Positions 63,298 through 64,000 of a stretch of 64,000 bases of DNA are shown here, one piece after another. A program made the translations under genes and the position numbers. Source of the DNA: Actinomycetota bacterium (lineage in GTDB: Bacteria; Actinomycetota; Thermoleophilia; Solirubrobacterales; 70-9); NCBI GenBank assembly GCA_046733275.1, contig JBKPOW010000052.1:486-64485 (forward strand), read 5' to 3'. Position 1 is the first letter of the stretch. Every line of letters starts with the position of its first letter. Under the pieces are notes generated by a model that saw nothing but the letters and a program-made list of their open reading frames with translations, had not been told where the DNA came from and did no database searches.

Positions 63298-64000
63298 GCG
63301 AGCCGGCGCCCGAGCAGGTCCGCACGGCGGGCCACGAGGCCGATCCCGCGGAGGTGCGGCGCGTGCTGCTGCTCTACTCGGGCGGCCTCGACACCAGCGT
63401 GATGCTGAAGTGGATCCAGGAACGCTACGAGGCCGAAGTCGTCTGCCTCACGGTCAACCTCGGTCAGCCGGGTGAGGATTACGCCGCGATCGAAGACAAG
63501 GCGAAGCGGATCGGCGCGATCGAGTGCCACGTGGTCGATGCCCGCGAGCGCTTCGCCCGCGACTTCGTCGTCCCGGCGATCAAGGCCAACGCCCTCTACG
63601 GCGGCGGCTACCCGCTCTTCACCGCGCTCGGGCGGCCATTGATCGCCGAGCTCGCGGTCGAGTACGCGCGGCGCAGCGGCTGCGACACGATTGCCCACGG
63701 CTGTACCGGCAAGGGCAACGACCAGGTGCGGATCGAGGCGACGGTGGCGACGCTGGCCCCGGAGCTGAAGACGATCGCGCCTGTGCGCACCTGGCAGATG
63801 GGGCGCGAGGAGGAGATCGCTTACGCGCGCGAGAAGGAGATCCCGATCAAAGGGGGCACCGAGGAGGCGCCGTACTCGATCGACGACAACCTCTGGGGTC
63901 GCTCCTCCGAGGGGCTCTGGATCGAGGACCTGGGCCACGCCCCCGAGGACGACGTCTTCCAGCTGGTCACGCGACCGGAGGAGGCCCCGGACGAGGCGGA
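63294..64000 (+). CDS. argG: Argininosuccinate synthase (3' end outside window)
   Basis: Translated by hand (not in the track because there is no stop): VLLLYSGGLDTSV, AHGCTGKGNDQVR and YSIDDNLWGRS. Confidence 0.9.
   Translation, partial: MSEPAPEQVRTAGHEADPAEVRRVLLLYSGGLDTSVMLKWIQERYEAEVVCLTVNLGQPGEDYAAIEDKAKRIGAIECHVVDARERFARDFVVPAIKANALYGGGYPLFTALGRPLIAELAVEYARRSGCDTIAHGCTGKGNDQVRIEATVATLAPELKTIAPVRTWQMGREEEIAYAREKEIPIKGGTEEAPYSIDDNLWGRSSEGLWIEDLGHAPEDDVFQLVTRPEEAPDEA

Overview
This is a high-GC, actinobacterial-style chromosomal window. All calls come from reading the sequence and the ORF track by eye, with no searches run, so repeat and pseudogene edges are accurate only to a few nt.

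Layout:
(1) 1-2.9 kb holds core genes: a partial EF-G, RNase H and a VOC enzyme, ending in tRNA-Gly(GCC).
(2) About 2.9-40.5 kb is an accessory mosaic hanging off tRNA-Gly.
- The 3' 42 nt of the tRNA recur at 20073 (identical) and 23718 (two compensatory changes), with a remnant at 40352.
- Each copy sits inside a recurring hairpin or palindrome-bearing repeat family, with about 8 copies, all in the same orientation.
- No integrase is visible.
- Cargo includes a six-HTH regulator array, a TetR/P450/methyltransferase/carotenoid-oxygenase cluster, a cyclase plus PspC-histidine kinase-response regulator module, toxin-antitoxin debris, IS481 and IS110 remnants, and many frameshifted genes.
- The largest cargo is an 11-kb four-gene operon (28.7-39.0 kb) of giant secreted NHL/FN3-like/Cys-module proteins, driven by a near-consensus promoter overlapped by a perfect 16-bp palindrome.
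(3) 40.5-47.2 kb holds a cupredoxin lipoprotein, a VOC enzyme, tRNA-Cys, and then an unrecognisable three-gene set translationally coupled to a DyP-type peroxidase, bounded by tRNA-Val.
(4) 47.2-64 kb is intact core: cupin, a polytopic membrane protein, thrS, infC, an inverted wecB, rpmI-rplT, a TrmH-like methyltransferase, pheST, argCJBD, two unknown genes, and a partial argG.

Most interesting: the repeat/att-like element family, the secreted four-gene cassette with its operator, the DyP-linked trio, and a mirrored divergent leader at 15.96-16.17 kb.
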